37,323 nucleotides of DNA from positions 1-37,323 of the forward strand of contig CAJWCD010000017.1 of assembly GCA_913020725.1 (NCBI GenBank), read 5' to 3'. Made by a program: the position numbers and the translations under genes. This document shows positions 18,545 to 27,313 of the stretch, in pieces (positions within the stretch are counted from its first letter, which is position 1; every line of letters starts with the position of its first letter). The notes under the pieces were generated by a model. It saw only the letters and a list, made by a program, of their open reading frames with translations, was not told where the DNA came from and searched no databases. The DNA comes from an uncultured Pseudomonadota bacterium. GTDB taxonomy: Bacteria > SAR324 > NAC60-12.

Positions 18545-19825
18545 ATGGCTGAACCCCACGTTCAATCCTACTACGCCGCCAGCGCTCATCCCTCTCCGGA
18601 GCACCGGGAACTGCAAGGCGAGGAGAGCTGCGATGTCTGCGTGGTCGGTAGCGGCTTGACAGGGCTTTCCGCCGCGTTGCACCTTGCCGAGCGCGGTTAC
18701 GATGTGATCGTGCTGGAGGCGAACCGCGTGGGGTGGGGAGCTTCCGGACGCAACGGCGGGCAGTTCATTTTCGGCTACAGTTGCGAGATTGAGGTCATCC
18801 GCAAGCTCGTTGGTTTGGAAGCAGCCAAGCAACTCTGGGCCATGTCCTTGGAATCCGTTGACCTTGTGCGTTCACTCGTTGAGACGTACAAGATCGACTG
18901 CGACCTCGTGCAAGGACACCTGCACGCCGGCATCAAGCCCCGGCATCAGCGCGAGTTGAGCGAGTGGAGGCAGGACATGGAGGAGGTGTACGGCTACACC
19001 GGGCTGGAGTTGTGGGAGGGCGCAGAACTGCGCAACCGCATCGCCTCCGAGCGTTATCGCGCAGGACTGTACGATCCCAACAGCGGGCATTTGCATCCCC
19101 TCAACTTCACGTTGGGAGTTGCCGCTGCCGCTGTAAAATCCGGAGTCCGGATTCTCGAAAACTCCCGTGTGCAACGTATTGAATCCGGAGCTTCCCCGCT
19201 GGTGGTCACGGAGCAAGGACGGGTGCGTTGTCGATACCTGCTGCTCGCTGGAAACGCCTACCTGAATGGAATTTCCTCCAAAGTCCACCGCAACCTCATG
19301 CCGGTGGGAACCTATATCGGCGCGACTGAACCGCTTGGAAAGCAGCGGGCTGAGGCGCTCATTTCCAACAACATGGCGGTTGCAGACACTAATTTTGTTC
19401 TCGATTACTATCGCCGCTCCGCCGACCACCGCCTGCTCTTCGGGGGGCGCGTCAGCTATTCCACCCTTGAGCCTCGCAACCTTCCGGAAACCATGCGGCA
19501 GCGCATGTTGCTCGTCTTTCCGCAATTGCAGGAGGTGCGGATGGAGTACGCCTGGGGCGGTTATGTCGGCATCACCATGAACCGCGCTCCAAATCTTGGG
19601 CGGCTCGGCCCCAACATCTTCTTCGCACAAGGCTTCTCCGGACACGGGGTCGCCATCGCTCCGCTCGCGGGCAAGCTCATGGCCGAAGTGGTGGCCGGAA
19701 CCGCAGAGCGTTTCGACATGCTCGCCCGCATTCCGCATCGTCCCTTTCCCGGAGGGCAACTGCTACGCACCCCCTCGCTCGTGTTGGCGATGGCGTGGTT
19801 CCGGATCATGGACCGGCTCCCCTGA
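18545..19825 (+). CDS. puuB: FAD-dependent oxidoreductase, gamma-glutamylputrescine oxidase (PuuB/OrdL)-like
   Basis: SYYAAS N-terminus, GSGLTG, GWGASGRNGGQ, HLHPLN, QGFSGHGV. Confidence 0.8.
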   Translation: MAEPHVQSYYAASAHPSPEHRELQGEESCDVCVVGSGLTGLSAALHLAERGYDVIVLEANRVGWGASGRNGGQFIFGYSCEIEVIRKLVGLEAAKQLWAMSLESVDLVRSLVETYKIDCDLVQGHLHAGIKPRHQRELSEWRQDMEEVYGYTGLELWEGAELRNRIASERYRAGLYDPNSGHLHPLNFTLGVAAAAVKSGVRILENSRVQRIESGASPLVVTEQGRVRCRYLLLAGNAYLNGISSKVHRNLMPVGTYIGATEPLGKQRAEALISNNMAVADTNFVLDYYRRSADHRLLFGGRVSYSTLEPRNLPETMRQRMLLVFPQLQEVRMEYAWGGYVGITMNRAPNLGRLGPNIFFAQGFSGHGVAIAPLAGKLMAEVVAGTAERFDMLARIPHRPFPGGQLLRTPSLVLAMAWFRIMDRLP

Positions 19826-19879
19826 CTTCCTCGTTGCCTTTGCTCCCGGCAGGGGCTAGAGTGACGGCTGCTTCCTAGA

Positions 19880-19955
19880 GCGGCTGTAGCTCAGTTGGTA
19901 GAGTGGCAGCTTCCCAAGCTGCAGGTCGCCGGTTCGAGACCGGTCAGCCGCTCCA
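19880..19955 (+). tRNA. tRNA-Gly (anticodon CCC)
   Basis: 76-nt cloverleaf: acceptor GCGGCTG/CAGCCGC, anticodon loop TTCCCAA, TTCGAGA T-loop, TCCA end. Confidence 0.97.
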
Positions 19956-20041
19956 AGCCCTTCTCCCCCAACGGTTCATGGGGATTCAGACTTTCCAAAA
20001 ACAGTGTGGATTTTGGCTCAGGTGAGGCACCCCCATCAGGA

Positions 20042-20070
20042 TTGACAGGGGTGTTGACAGGTGTTGACAG
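20042..20070. repeat. TTGACAG(G) iterated repeats, left arm
   Basis: TTGACAGGGGTGTTGACAGG is identical to 21652-21671; a third TTGACAG starts at 20064. Confidence 0.8.
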
Positions 20071-20313
20071 AGGTGACCAGCGGCTAACCACTGGACAACT
20101 GCTCGACCTCATCGTGTAGGGTGTACCCTATATCCAGCAGATGATTTAGTGCTGCAGCAAGGCGCACGTTCGCAGTGCTCAGACGTCGAGTACTCAGGAT
20201 CATCTTCTGGCTTCGTGACGAGATGTGTCTGCACCAGCCGATGGATCACAGCGACCTCATCCTGAAATCCCTTCTCCTCCCTCTGCTGCTGCTCCCTCTG
20301 CATCGCAGTTCAC

Positions 20314-20340
20314 TAAAGTTTTGGTGGCCAATGCCGATAC
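20314..20340 (+). promoter_or_regulatory. sigma28 (FliA)-type promoter of the island cargo gene
   Basis: TAAAGTTT-N11-GCCGATAC, one mismatch to the extended consensus TAAAGTTT-N11-GCCGATAA. Confidence 0.8.
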
Positions 20341-20457
20341 AGAACATAAGGTCTATCCATGTCCTATGTCTAATCTTGAATGAACATGTTGAAACACATC
20401 CTTGCCTTTTGTGCATGTATACCCACTCTAAGTAGTAGAATGAATTTTGACTGGTTA

Positions 20458-21339
20458 ATGCGAAAAGCAATTAAATACCTACTTGCATCCCTATTACTCT
20501 TTGTGTTAGCAGGGGCTGTTCATGCAGAGGAGGGCAAGTGGATTGATGGGATCAAGTTTAGATATGGAACCCTTTCAAACACCACGACTTTCAAGTTGCC
20601 ATGGCAGGAACGCTATGACTCCATTATTGAAGTAAATAAGGAATTTAGTCATCTAGAGGATCCTGCTATTTTTCCGATTGCCATTACGCTCTCCGAAACC
20701 CTGATGAACTCATGGTCCTTCCGTGGTGCTGTGTTTGAATATCAAGACACAATAGAGACCAAGGATTTAAACCCAGTCTCATCAGCACTCTTCAGAGGAG
20801 ATCTCATATCTGGTACGACTTATCTGGTTCAAACGGATACTCTTAGAACATCACTCTATAATAACTTTTTTAATGCTAGTGATAAATCTTTTGCCGATGC
20901 AAACTCAAACTGGGCATTGAGTGCAGATACGGTTAGCAAACAAATTTTTCTTGGATACTATTGGGGGGTGTTTATTCCTGCATTTGAGAATCATAGATTT
21001 ATGAAAATTGGTGTGGGGTTTGGTGTTCTTTATGCTGAGTTTTCGTATACACTGAATCTTTGCAGCGAATATAAAATCTCTTTAAACCTTAAGGGAGAAT
21101 GTGTTGGGAAAAAAGAGATTGATTCCTCATCAAATAAAGGATATCGAGTCGCCCAGATTGGGCATATTACCCTCTGGGAAAGGGTTACCAAAGATTCCAT
21201 CTGGAAATTTGCTTCAATGGATCTGGCTGGCGACACCCAGAACACCTCCTTTCCTCTAAAAAATCATGATAATAATCTAATACAAGTTTCTTTAGGTACA
21301 TTCGCGACGGAAATGATTTCCTACACCTACCGTTTCTGA
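20458..21339 (+). CDS. Exported, probable outer-membrane beta-barrel protein of unknown family
   Basis: Signal peptide MRKAIKYLLASLLLFVLAGAVHA, amphipathic strands, C-terminal SYTYRF; AT-rich codons. Confidence 0.75.
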   Translation: MRKAIKYLLASLLLFVLAGAVHAEEGKWIDGIKFRYGTLSNTTTFKLPWQERYDSIIEVNKEFSHLEDPAIFPIAITLSETLMNSWSFRGAVFEYQDTIETKDLNPVSSALFRGDLISGTTYLVQTDTLRTSLYNNFFNASDKSFADANSNWALSADTVSKQIFLGYYWGVFIPAFENHRFMKIGVGFGVLYAEFSYTLNLCSEYKISLNLKGECVGKKEIDSSSNKGYRVAQIGHITLWERVTKDSIWKFASMDLAGDTQNTSFPLKNHDNNLIQVSLGTFATEMISYTYRF

Positions 21340-21641
21340 TGATCAGCCTTCATTGTTTCTGAACACACGAGTTCATTCTCTCCTCACTGCCTGAAGCAAC
21401 TCTGCTTCATCTCCTTCTCTTCCCAATCTGGACAATCAGCAAGGCCCAGAGCAGTCTCCAGTTCTTCAGGGCTAGACATCATTTATCAACATAAGATCCC
21501 GGTGGTTCCACTTGTGTCCAACCTGAGGAATCCTCTGTTCACCCACTAGCAAGCTACCCACGTACCAACACGTACCCTCTTCCATAGCCAAGATATTCCA
21601 TACTCCTTATCCTTTTCCATCCTTTGTATTCAGCTACAGGT

Positions 21642-21674
21642 TTGACGAGGGTTGACAGGGGTGTTGACAGGGGC
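21642..21674. repeat. TTGACAGG iterated repeats, right arm
   Basis: TTGACGAGGG-TTGACAGGGG-TG-TTGACAGGGG; same orientation as the left arm. Confidence 0.8.
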
Positions 21675-21766
21675 AAGCTTGGAAGCGGACAGTCAATCTT
21701 GCCTGAAAATAATTTCTTTTGCAGTATTTTCAATGGCTTACGGAGAAGCAAGGGGGTCACTGTGTA

Positions 21767-21831
21767 CAGTTGGTAGAGTGGCAGCTTCCCAAGCTGCAGG
21801 TCGCCGGTTCGAGACCGGTCAGCCGCTCCAA
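21767..21831 (+). repeat. att site: duplicated 3' part of tRNA-Gly
   Basis: Identical to 19892-19956; lacks the 5' acceptor strand, so it is not a functional tRNA. Confidence 0.95.
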
Positions 21832-21889
21832 ATGCTCTGCACGCAGACATTTTCCCCCACCAGAATTTGGCTGGCTCCCTCCAGTTGGG

Positions 21890-24187
21890 TCACGCTGGAG
21901 GGTTCTCTGGGAGGATTTGTAGAGCCGGAGCTTGTGCAGGGACGGGGGCCACCACAATCTGGCCCGGACCTTGGGCCATGGCGTGGTTGAGCGCGAGGTC
22001 TACCTCGTGGAGCATCCCTTCGTAAGTGAGGTTATCGGTGCAGACCTCCGGGTGAGAGGCGATCCCCACGTTGATTGTGAGTTGTACCGTCTTCTCTCCG
22101 TAGTGGAAGGCGTACTCCTTGACCTCTCGCTGAAGGTTCTCTGCAAAGGACCGTGACCGCTCGCCGCTCACTCCCACCATGGCAATCAAGAATTTTTCAT
22201 CCATGTAGCGCACCACGATGTGCTTTCCGGCAAGGCTCTGTTCCACCAGTTTTCCCATCTGCGCCAGCACTTGATCCACGCTCTCCAGCCCAAGGGTTTC
22301 GTAAACCGACTCCACATCGTGGATGTCTGTGAGTACAAAGCTCAAGGGAGCAGGAGTCTTCCGGAGCTTGGCAACCGTGTGCTTCATGCGCCTCGCAAAG
22401 AACTGTCGGTCTCCCAGCCCTGTCACATGATCGGTCATCTTCGGAGAAGGTCCTTGTTCGCCGATGTCAATCTTGGCGAAGCCAAGCCTCGCAAAGTGCT
22501 GGAGGGGTTCGATCAGCATCCCCATGCCAATCATCATCAACAACTTATAGAAAAAGACGTCGTCCGCGTAATCCTCCACATAAGCTTCTGCCAGTTCACT
22601 GAGGTACACGAAAATGATGAGCACCACAATCGCCACAAGATAATCCGAAGCACTGTCCAAAATCGGGCTGGAGTTGCGCAATAGTCCAGCGATGAGCAGC
22701 AGCAACAGCAGCACGCCTATTTCCGTGGAATAGAACCACCACGTCTCGTACCACGGGGGCAAGATTTGGAAACTGAAGTTGGAGATTGTGCTAACGGTGC
22801 CATCGGGGCGCACAGCCCGCACATGAAAGGTGTAGTTGCGCCAATTAAGATTGGTGTATTCACGATAGCGGCGTTCGGACGGCGAGGACCACTCGGACTC
22901 CATGCCTTCCAGGTAGCTCTGGAACTGCACAGATTCGGAGTGCCTGAAATCATTTGCGCTGTAAGTGAAGCGCAAGGCGTTCTGGGCAAAGGGGACCACT
23001 TGGTAGGTCAGGTTCGACTCTGACAACTGCTGAATCCCATCAGACTGGGCAAAGAAGGCTCCACCGAAAAAGTGGGCATCGTCCTGAATGCTCTCCACCT
23101 TGCGGATCATGGCGGCAAACCGTTGCCGCTGGGGCTGTTTGTCAGAAACCATAGCAGACATTTTGCTCCGGGAAACTGGAGCGGAGCGCATGACGGATTC
23201 CGTGTGATAAACCACAATCCCCATGCTGGTTCCCACCCAAATGCTGCCGACCCGGTCAACAAACACCCGATAGACCTGTTCGTCCTTGAGATTGAACACA
23301 GAATTCATCCGCTTCACGGTCAAGTCGGGGAGTTCCAACTGCACCAAACCAACACCTTCCACCGCAAGCAGGAGGGTCTGTTTCTCCAATTTTTCCCAAG
23401 ACGTCACCACTCGGTTGCGAAACACCGGATTGTCTCCCAAGCTCTGGAACGCCTCATTTCGTTCAGTCTGCTTGCTGCTCAAGTGCTGGGCGCTAGGATC
23501 ATAACGCAAGATTCCTTTGTCCTGCGTGATCAGCAGCAACTGCCCTGCGGGCTGGGGGATCAGCGCATGGGCCAGAAAAAAATCTCCTCCCGGCACCGGG
23601 GTCAAGCCGTTCGACTGCAACCGAGACAGTCCAGTATTGCTTTCAAAGACGTAGCGAGATTCCTCTCCGTAAGCGACTCGGTAGAGGTGTCCGGGCACCG
23701 GGACCACATGAAAGCGGCCGTTGCGGAGAAACAACAGCGACTGCTCGAACATGAACAATAATTCATCTGCATCGGCGTGCATCTCCAATACCGCGCCCAG
23801 AGCCTCCGGATGCTCCACCGGCAGTTGCGAGCGCAAGGAGCGGTAGCGCATGATTCCGTGTGCATCCGGAGCCAAGTAGCCCACCTCCCCTTCTCCTCCA
23901 ACATAAATGCGTCCGTCCGCAGCCCTGACAAGGTTAGTGGCCGGCTTGCCCTCCGGAAGTTTGATCAAGCGCCATGAGAGGCTGTCGAATTCCAGCACTC
24001 CACGATCATTGGCGAAATAAAGCACCCCCCGTTGATCTTGGGCGATGTCAAAAATATGGGGGCCCGCCTTGTACTTGAACGGGGTGTAGCGTTGCAACTT
24101 TCCGCTTTCCCAGATGACCACCGCGCCTGCCTCTGTCAAGCAGAGCAGCAGGATCGTGACCACCAGCACCCAGGGTGTCATTCGCAT
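21890..24187 (-). CDS. Membrane sensor: beta-propeller + Y_Y_Y domain + TM helices + degenerate GGDEF domain
   Basis: IAQDQRGVLYFAN and FVDRVGSIWVGT blades; FQSYLEG..WS..YTNL..YTFHVRA..ILPPWYETWW; DHVTGLGDR..DI..RYMDEKF..TINVGIA. Confidence 0.85.
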   Translation of the reverse strand: MRMTPWVLVVTILLLCLTEAGAVVIWESGKLQRYTPFKYKAGPHIFDIAQDQRGVLYFANDRGVLEFDSLSWRLIKLPEGKPATNLVRAADGRIYVGGEGEVGYLAPDAHGIMRYRSLRSQLPVEHPEALGAVLEMHADADELLFMFEQSLLFLRNGRFHVVPVPGHLYRVAYGEESRYVFESNTGLSRLQSNGLTPVPGGDFFLAHALIPQPAGQLLLITQDKGILRYDPSAQHLSSKQTERNEAFQSLGDNPVFRNRVVTSWEKLEKQTLLLAVEGVGLVQLELPDLTVKRMNSVFNLKDEQVYRVFVDRVGSIWVGTSMGIVVYHTESVMRSAPVSRSKMSAMVSDKQPQRQRFAAMIRKVESIQDDAHFFGGAFFAQSDGIQQLSESNLTYQVVPFAQNALRFTYSANDFRHSESVQFQSYLEGMESEWSSPSERRYREYTNLNWRNYTFHVRAVRPDGTVSTISNFSFQILPPWYETWWFYSTEIGVLLLLLLIAGLLRNSSPILDSASDYLVAIVVLIIFVYLSELAEAYVEDYADDVFFYKLLMMIGMGMLIEPLQHFARLGFAKIDIGEQGPSPKMTDHVTGLGDRQFFARRMKHTVAKLRKTPAPLSFVLTDIHDVESVYETLGLESVDQVLAQMGKLVEQSLAGKHIVVRYMDEKFLIAMVGVSGERSRSFAENLQREVKEYAFHYGEKTVQLTINVGIASHPEVCTDNLTYEGMLHEVDLALNHAMAQGPGQIVVAPVPAQAPALQILPENPPA

Positions 24188-24190
24188 CGG

Positions 24191-27100
24191 CTACTCCACC
24201 ACGAACTGGACACGTCGTTCCACATGATTATTCACCCAATCGTCTGCGTACACCTCCAGCGTAACCACTCCATCTTGAGGCACCGCCTGGATGGCCCGCC
24301 GATACAGCCGGAACGGTTTCCCGTTGATGGAGTAGGCCACCTCCTGCACCCCGCTGTGGGCATCCCGGACTTCTAGTTGGATATGACTGCCGGAACGCAA
24401 GATGCGGCGCTTGCCCTGCCGCACCTCCGGGGGAATCCCTTGGATGCTCAGTTCCGGAGGTGTGCTGTCCACAAAGAACTCGACGTGCGTGGGAGTCTCC
24501 CCGTTGCCCACCTGATCAACGGCAAAATAGCGCAGCACATGGGCGCCCATTGTTGGCTGGGTAATTGGGGTCGAGTACGGCTGAACCGTTGACGTGCCAA
24601 AGCGGTAGAACACCTGCCCCACGCCACTTCCCGGATCGGCACTGTGCAGATAAATTCGGGTTTGGCTGTTCAGAAACAGTGTCCCTTCGTAACGGTATTG
24701 CTTGCCCTCCAACCGATGACTTGTCTCTGGAGGCGTGAGGTCCAAGAACACCGTGCTGTCCTGCCGCTTTGAACGGTTCCCCACCTTGTCGGTGGCATCG
24801 TAGCTCACGCGGTGCCGACCTGCTTTTTCCGGAAGCCCGAAGGGTTTGCGGTACTGTTGCCAAGCCCCTTCGCCAATCCGGTAGCGGATCTCGTCCACCT
24901 CGGTTCTTAACTCTTGCGCAGCTAACCGAAACCGGGTGGATTTGGCAACAAAAAAATTTCCCTCCGGAGACTTGTGCTGTTTTCCAAAGACCGACAGTGC
25001 AACGGCAGGCGGGGTTTTGTCCAAGGTGAACTCCAGCGTGTGGGGCAGCTCGCGGTTTCCCACCCGATCGGTTGCAAAGTAGCGGAATTCGTGGACCCCC
25101 TCCGGCAGTGCCTGCAAGACCGAACCGGTCAGCGCACGCTGGTAGCGTCTGGGATTTTCCTCACCAAACTGATAGCGGACCTCCTTGACACCGGACAACC
25201 CGTCTGCCGAAGCCAAGCTGATTCGGGATTTAGGCGAAAGTGTGTTGCCGAAGAAGGGTTGCTGGACTTCATGGTTGGTCCGTGGCGGGGTGAGGTCCAC
25301 CTCGAACTGGAGGGTTTTCGTGGGTTCCGCATTGCCCACGCGGTCCACCGCGTAGTAGCGCACCTGGTATTGCCGCTCCAAGAAAAACAAGTCAATGGGG
25401 GCCGTGTAGCGGACAAACCCGGAATCGTTGAGGGAGTAGAGCAACTGGTCCACTCCGGATTGGAAGCCGAGTTGCGGCTCCTGCGCGATCAGCGTGAGAG
25501 CAGCACCCTCCCCGAAATAAGTCACGCCGCCGCGAGTGTAATGCCGGGCGCTGCTCAAGCGTGGCTTCGTGACAGGTGCATCACCATCAATGTTGACCCG
25601 AAAATGCTTTGCCATCCGTGAGAGGGACAGCTTCAGCGTTCCGGGTTTGTTCCTAGCAAAAACCAGAGGCTGCGGCCCTTGCTCCGCAGGCGGAATGGCC
25701 AGCAGATAAGAGTCCTGCTCCCCGGCTTCATCCGCAGAAATCCGTAGAAAAAACTCCAAACCTGCCGCTCCCATCAACCCGTGGTCTTCACTCAGAACCC
25801 AGCGTTTCCGGGCCTTTCCGCCGACCTTGCTCACCATTGAGGTCGCCCATGGGGAGTTGTCCACAACGATGGCGAGCGACCTTGTCGCTTCCCGATTGCC
25901 AACATGATCTTCGGCATAAAACTGCAACCGATGCGGCCCTGTTTCTGCAATCGTGATGGGTACTTGATAGGGAACGCAATCCTTGTCATCCAGACAAACC
26001 CACAGCGTCTTCACGCGAGACTCCAAGTCTGTCGCCGTCAGGATAACTTGGGAATCGCGGTTGATGATCACCGTGTTTCCACTCCAGTACAAAGGCCCCT
26101 CAATCCGGAAGTCCGTGGTTGGCGGAGTGCCATCCGTGTAGAGCTTGAGGCGGTGGTGACGGCGGTTGCCCACGCGATCCACAGTATCTCCGTGAATCCA
26201 GTGCAGTCCAGAATTGGGTGGTGCCAAGAAGGGCTGTTGGTAGGGGCCCACCTTCCCCTCATCCACCCGGAACGAGACCGATTCAACTCCAGCGGCGGCA
26301 TCCCGCGTGTCGAGCCGGATGCGGGTTTGGTCGGAAATGTACACCACTCCGTCGTACTTGAAGACTCCGGCTTCCGCCACAATTTGCAGATCCGGAGGGG
26401 TTGTATCGTGATAGAAGGTTGTGGTGTGTCGTGCTTCTGTGTTGTTGACACGATCCCGGGAATAAAACTGCAACGTGTGCTTACCGGACGCCATCGAGTC
26501 GGCACGAAGCGGACGTTGATAACGCTTCAGCGTCCCATTGTCCAACTGATAGAGCAGTTCCTTGACACCGGCTCCGGCATCTTCAGCTTCTAGCACTAGC
26601 ACTCCCTTCGATGCCACAGACGATTCGTGATGTGGCCCCTCAAAGCGCAGGACGGTTTGCGGCGGAGTGACATCCACTTCAAAATCCACAATCCGCGGGG
26701 ATTCGGGGTTGCCCACTTGGTCCACAGAGTAGTACTGCATCCGGAAGCGGCGATCCTGCCTCAGGTCGAGTTGGAGCGTGTCGGCAAGCTGAAAGGGTTG
26801 CCCTGCAAGTGCAGCCCACGTCTGCCCCAGCCCGGACGCTGTGTCCGTCCCCTCCAGTGCAAACACGGCTCCTTGGCCGATGAACCAGCGGTTCGCCCTG
26901 CGGTAAACCGTGGTGTTGCGAAAAACAGGCTTGGTGCGGGGTGGAGTGCCGTCCGCATGGACCACGAACTCCTGCACGCCGACTGCGTGGTTTTTGAGGA
27001 CATTCGCCCCGGCCTTGAGCAGCACGGGAGTCTCGGGAAGTTTTGTAGGCTTGGACTGGAACACAGCCGCCGCGTCCCCTTTGGGAGACGTACTCAACAA

Positions 27101-27265
27101 CAGATACACTGGGTGAGCCAAGGGTGCGAACACCCGCCCCTTGGCATCGGCATGAACTCGGTAGGATGGCGAGGGGAGTTCTGGAAACTCAGCCGCAGGA
27201 TTCGCCCATGCCCCCCCGGAGAGTGTCACAAATCCCGCAAGCATCCATAAGCAAGCTCTGTTCAT
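24191..27265 (-). CDS. Secreted 1024-aa protein with nine ~90-aa beta-rich repeats (OmpL47-type/Ig-like)
   Basis: Signal peptide; repeated DxTPP..D..SGV..Y..P..H..Y..DxVGN.E units. The family name is from recognition, not a search. Confidence 0.8.
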   Translation of the reverse strand: MNRACLWMLAGFVTLSGGAWANPAAEFPELPSPSYRVHADAKGRVFAPLAHPVYLLLSTSPKGDAAAVFQSKPTKLPETPVLLKAGANVLKNHAVGVQEFVVHADGTPPRTKPVFRNTTVYRRANRWFIGQGAVFALEGTDTASGLGQTWAALAGQPFQLADTLQLDLRQDRRFRMQYYSVDQVGNPESPRIVDFEVDVTPPQTVLRFEGPHHESSVASKGVLVLEAEDAGAGVKELLYQLDNGTLKRYQRPLRADSMASGKHTLQFYSRDRVNNTEARHTTTFYHDTTPPDLQIVAEAGVFKYDGVVYISDQTRIRLDTRDAAAGVESVSFRVDEGKVGPYQQPFLAPPNSGLHWIHGDTVDRVGNRRHHRLKLYTDGTPPTTDFRIEGPLYWSGNTVIINRDSQVILTATDLESRVKTLWVCLDDKDCVPYQVPITIAETGPHRLQFYAEDHVGNREATRSLAIVVDNSPWATSMVSKVGGKARKRWVLSEDHGLMGAAGLEFFLRISADEAGEQDSYLLAIPPAEQGPQPLVFARNKPGTLKLSLSRMAKHFRVNIDGDAPVTKPRLSSARHYTRGGVTYFGEGAALTLIAQEPQLGFQSGVDQLLYSLNDSGFVRYTAPIDLFFLERQYQVRYYAVDRVGNAEPTKTLQFEVDLTPPRTNHEVQQPFFGNTLSPKSRISLASADGLSGVKEVRYQFGEENPRRYQRALTGSVLQALPEGVHEFRYFATDRVGNRELPHTLEFTLDKTPPAVALSVFGKQHKSPEGNFFVAKSTRFRLAAQELRTEVDEIRYRIGEGAWQQYRKPFGLPEKAGRHRVSYDATDKVGNRSKRQDSTVFLDLTPPETSHRLEGKQYRYEGTLFLNSQTRIYLHSADPGSGVGQVFYRFGTSTVQPYSTPITQPTMGAHVLRYFAVDQVGNGETPTHVEFFVDSTPPELSIQGIPPEVRQGKRRILRSGSHIQLEVRDAHSGVQEVAYSINGKPFRLYRRAIQAVPQDGVVTLEVYADDWVNNHVERRVQFVVE

Positions 27266-27313
27266 CCTTGTAAAACTCTGCTCCTAAAAGAAAAACACCC
27301 CACCTGCAAACAT

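Larger units (their letters stand above)
19956..21831. mobile_element. Integrase-less mini genomic island inserted in tRNA-Gly
   Basis: Bounded by a 65-bp direct repeat of the tRNA 3' part; AT-rich interior; arm-like TTGACAGG repeats near both ends. Confidence 0.88.

Noticed and set aside
17603..18832. 409-aa minus-strand ORF and other long antisense ORFs
   Set aside because: Shadow frames of well-supported genes in GC-rich DNA.
21767..21830. Second tRNA-Gly gene
   Set aside because: The first 12 nt are missing; it is the att duplication.
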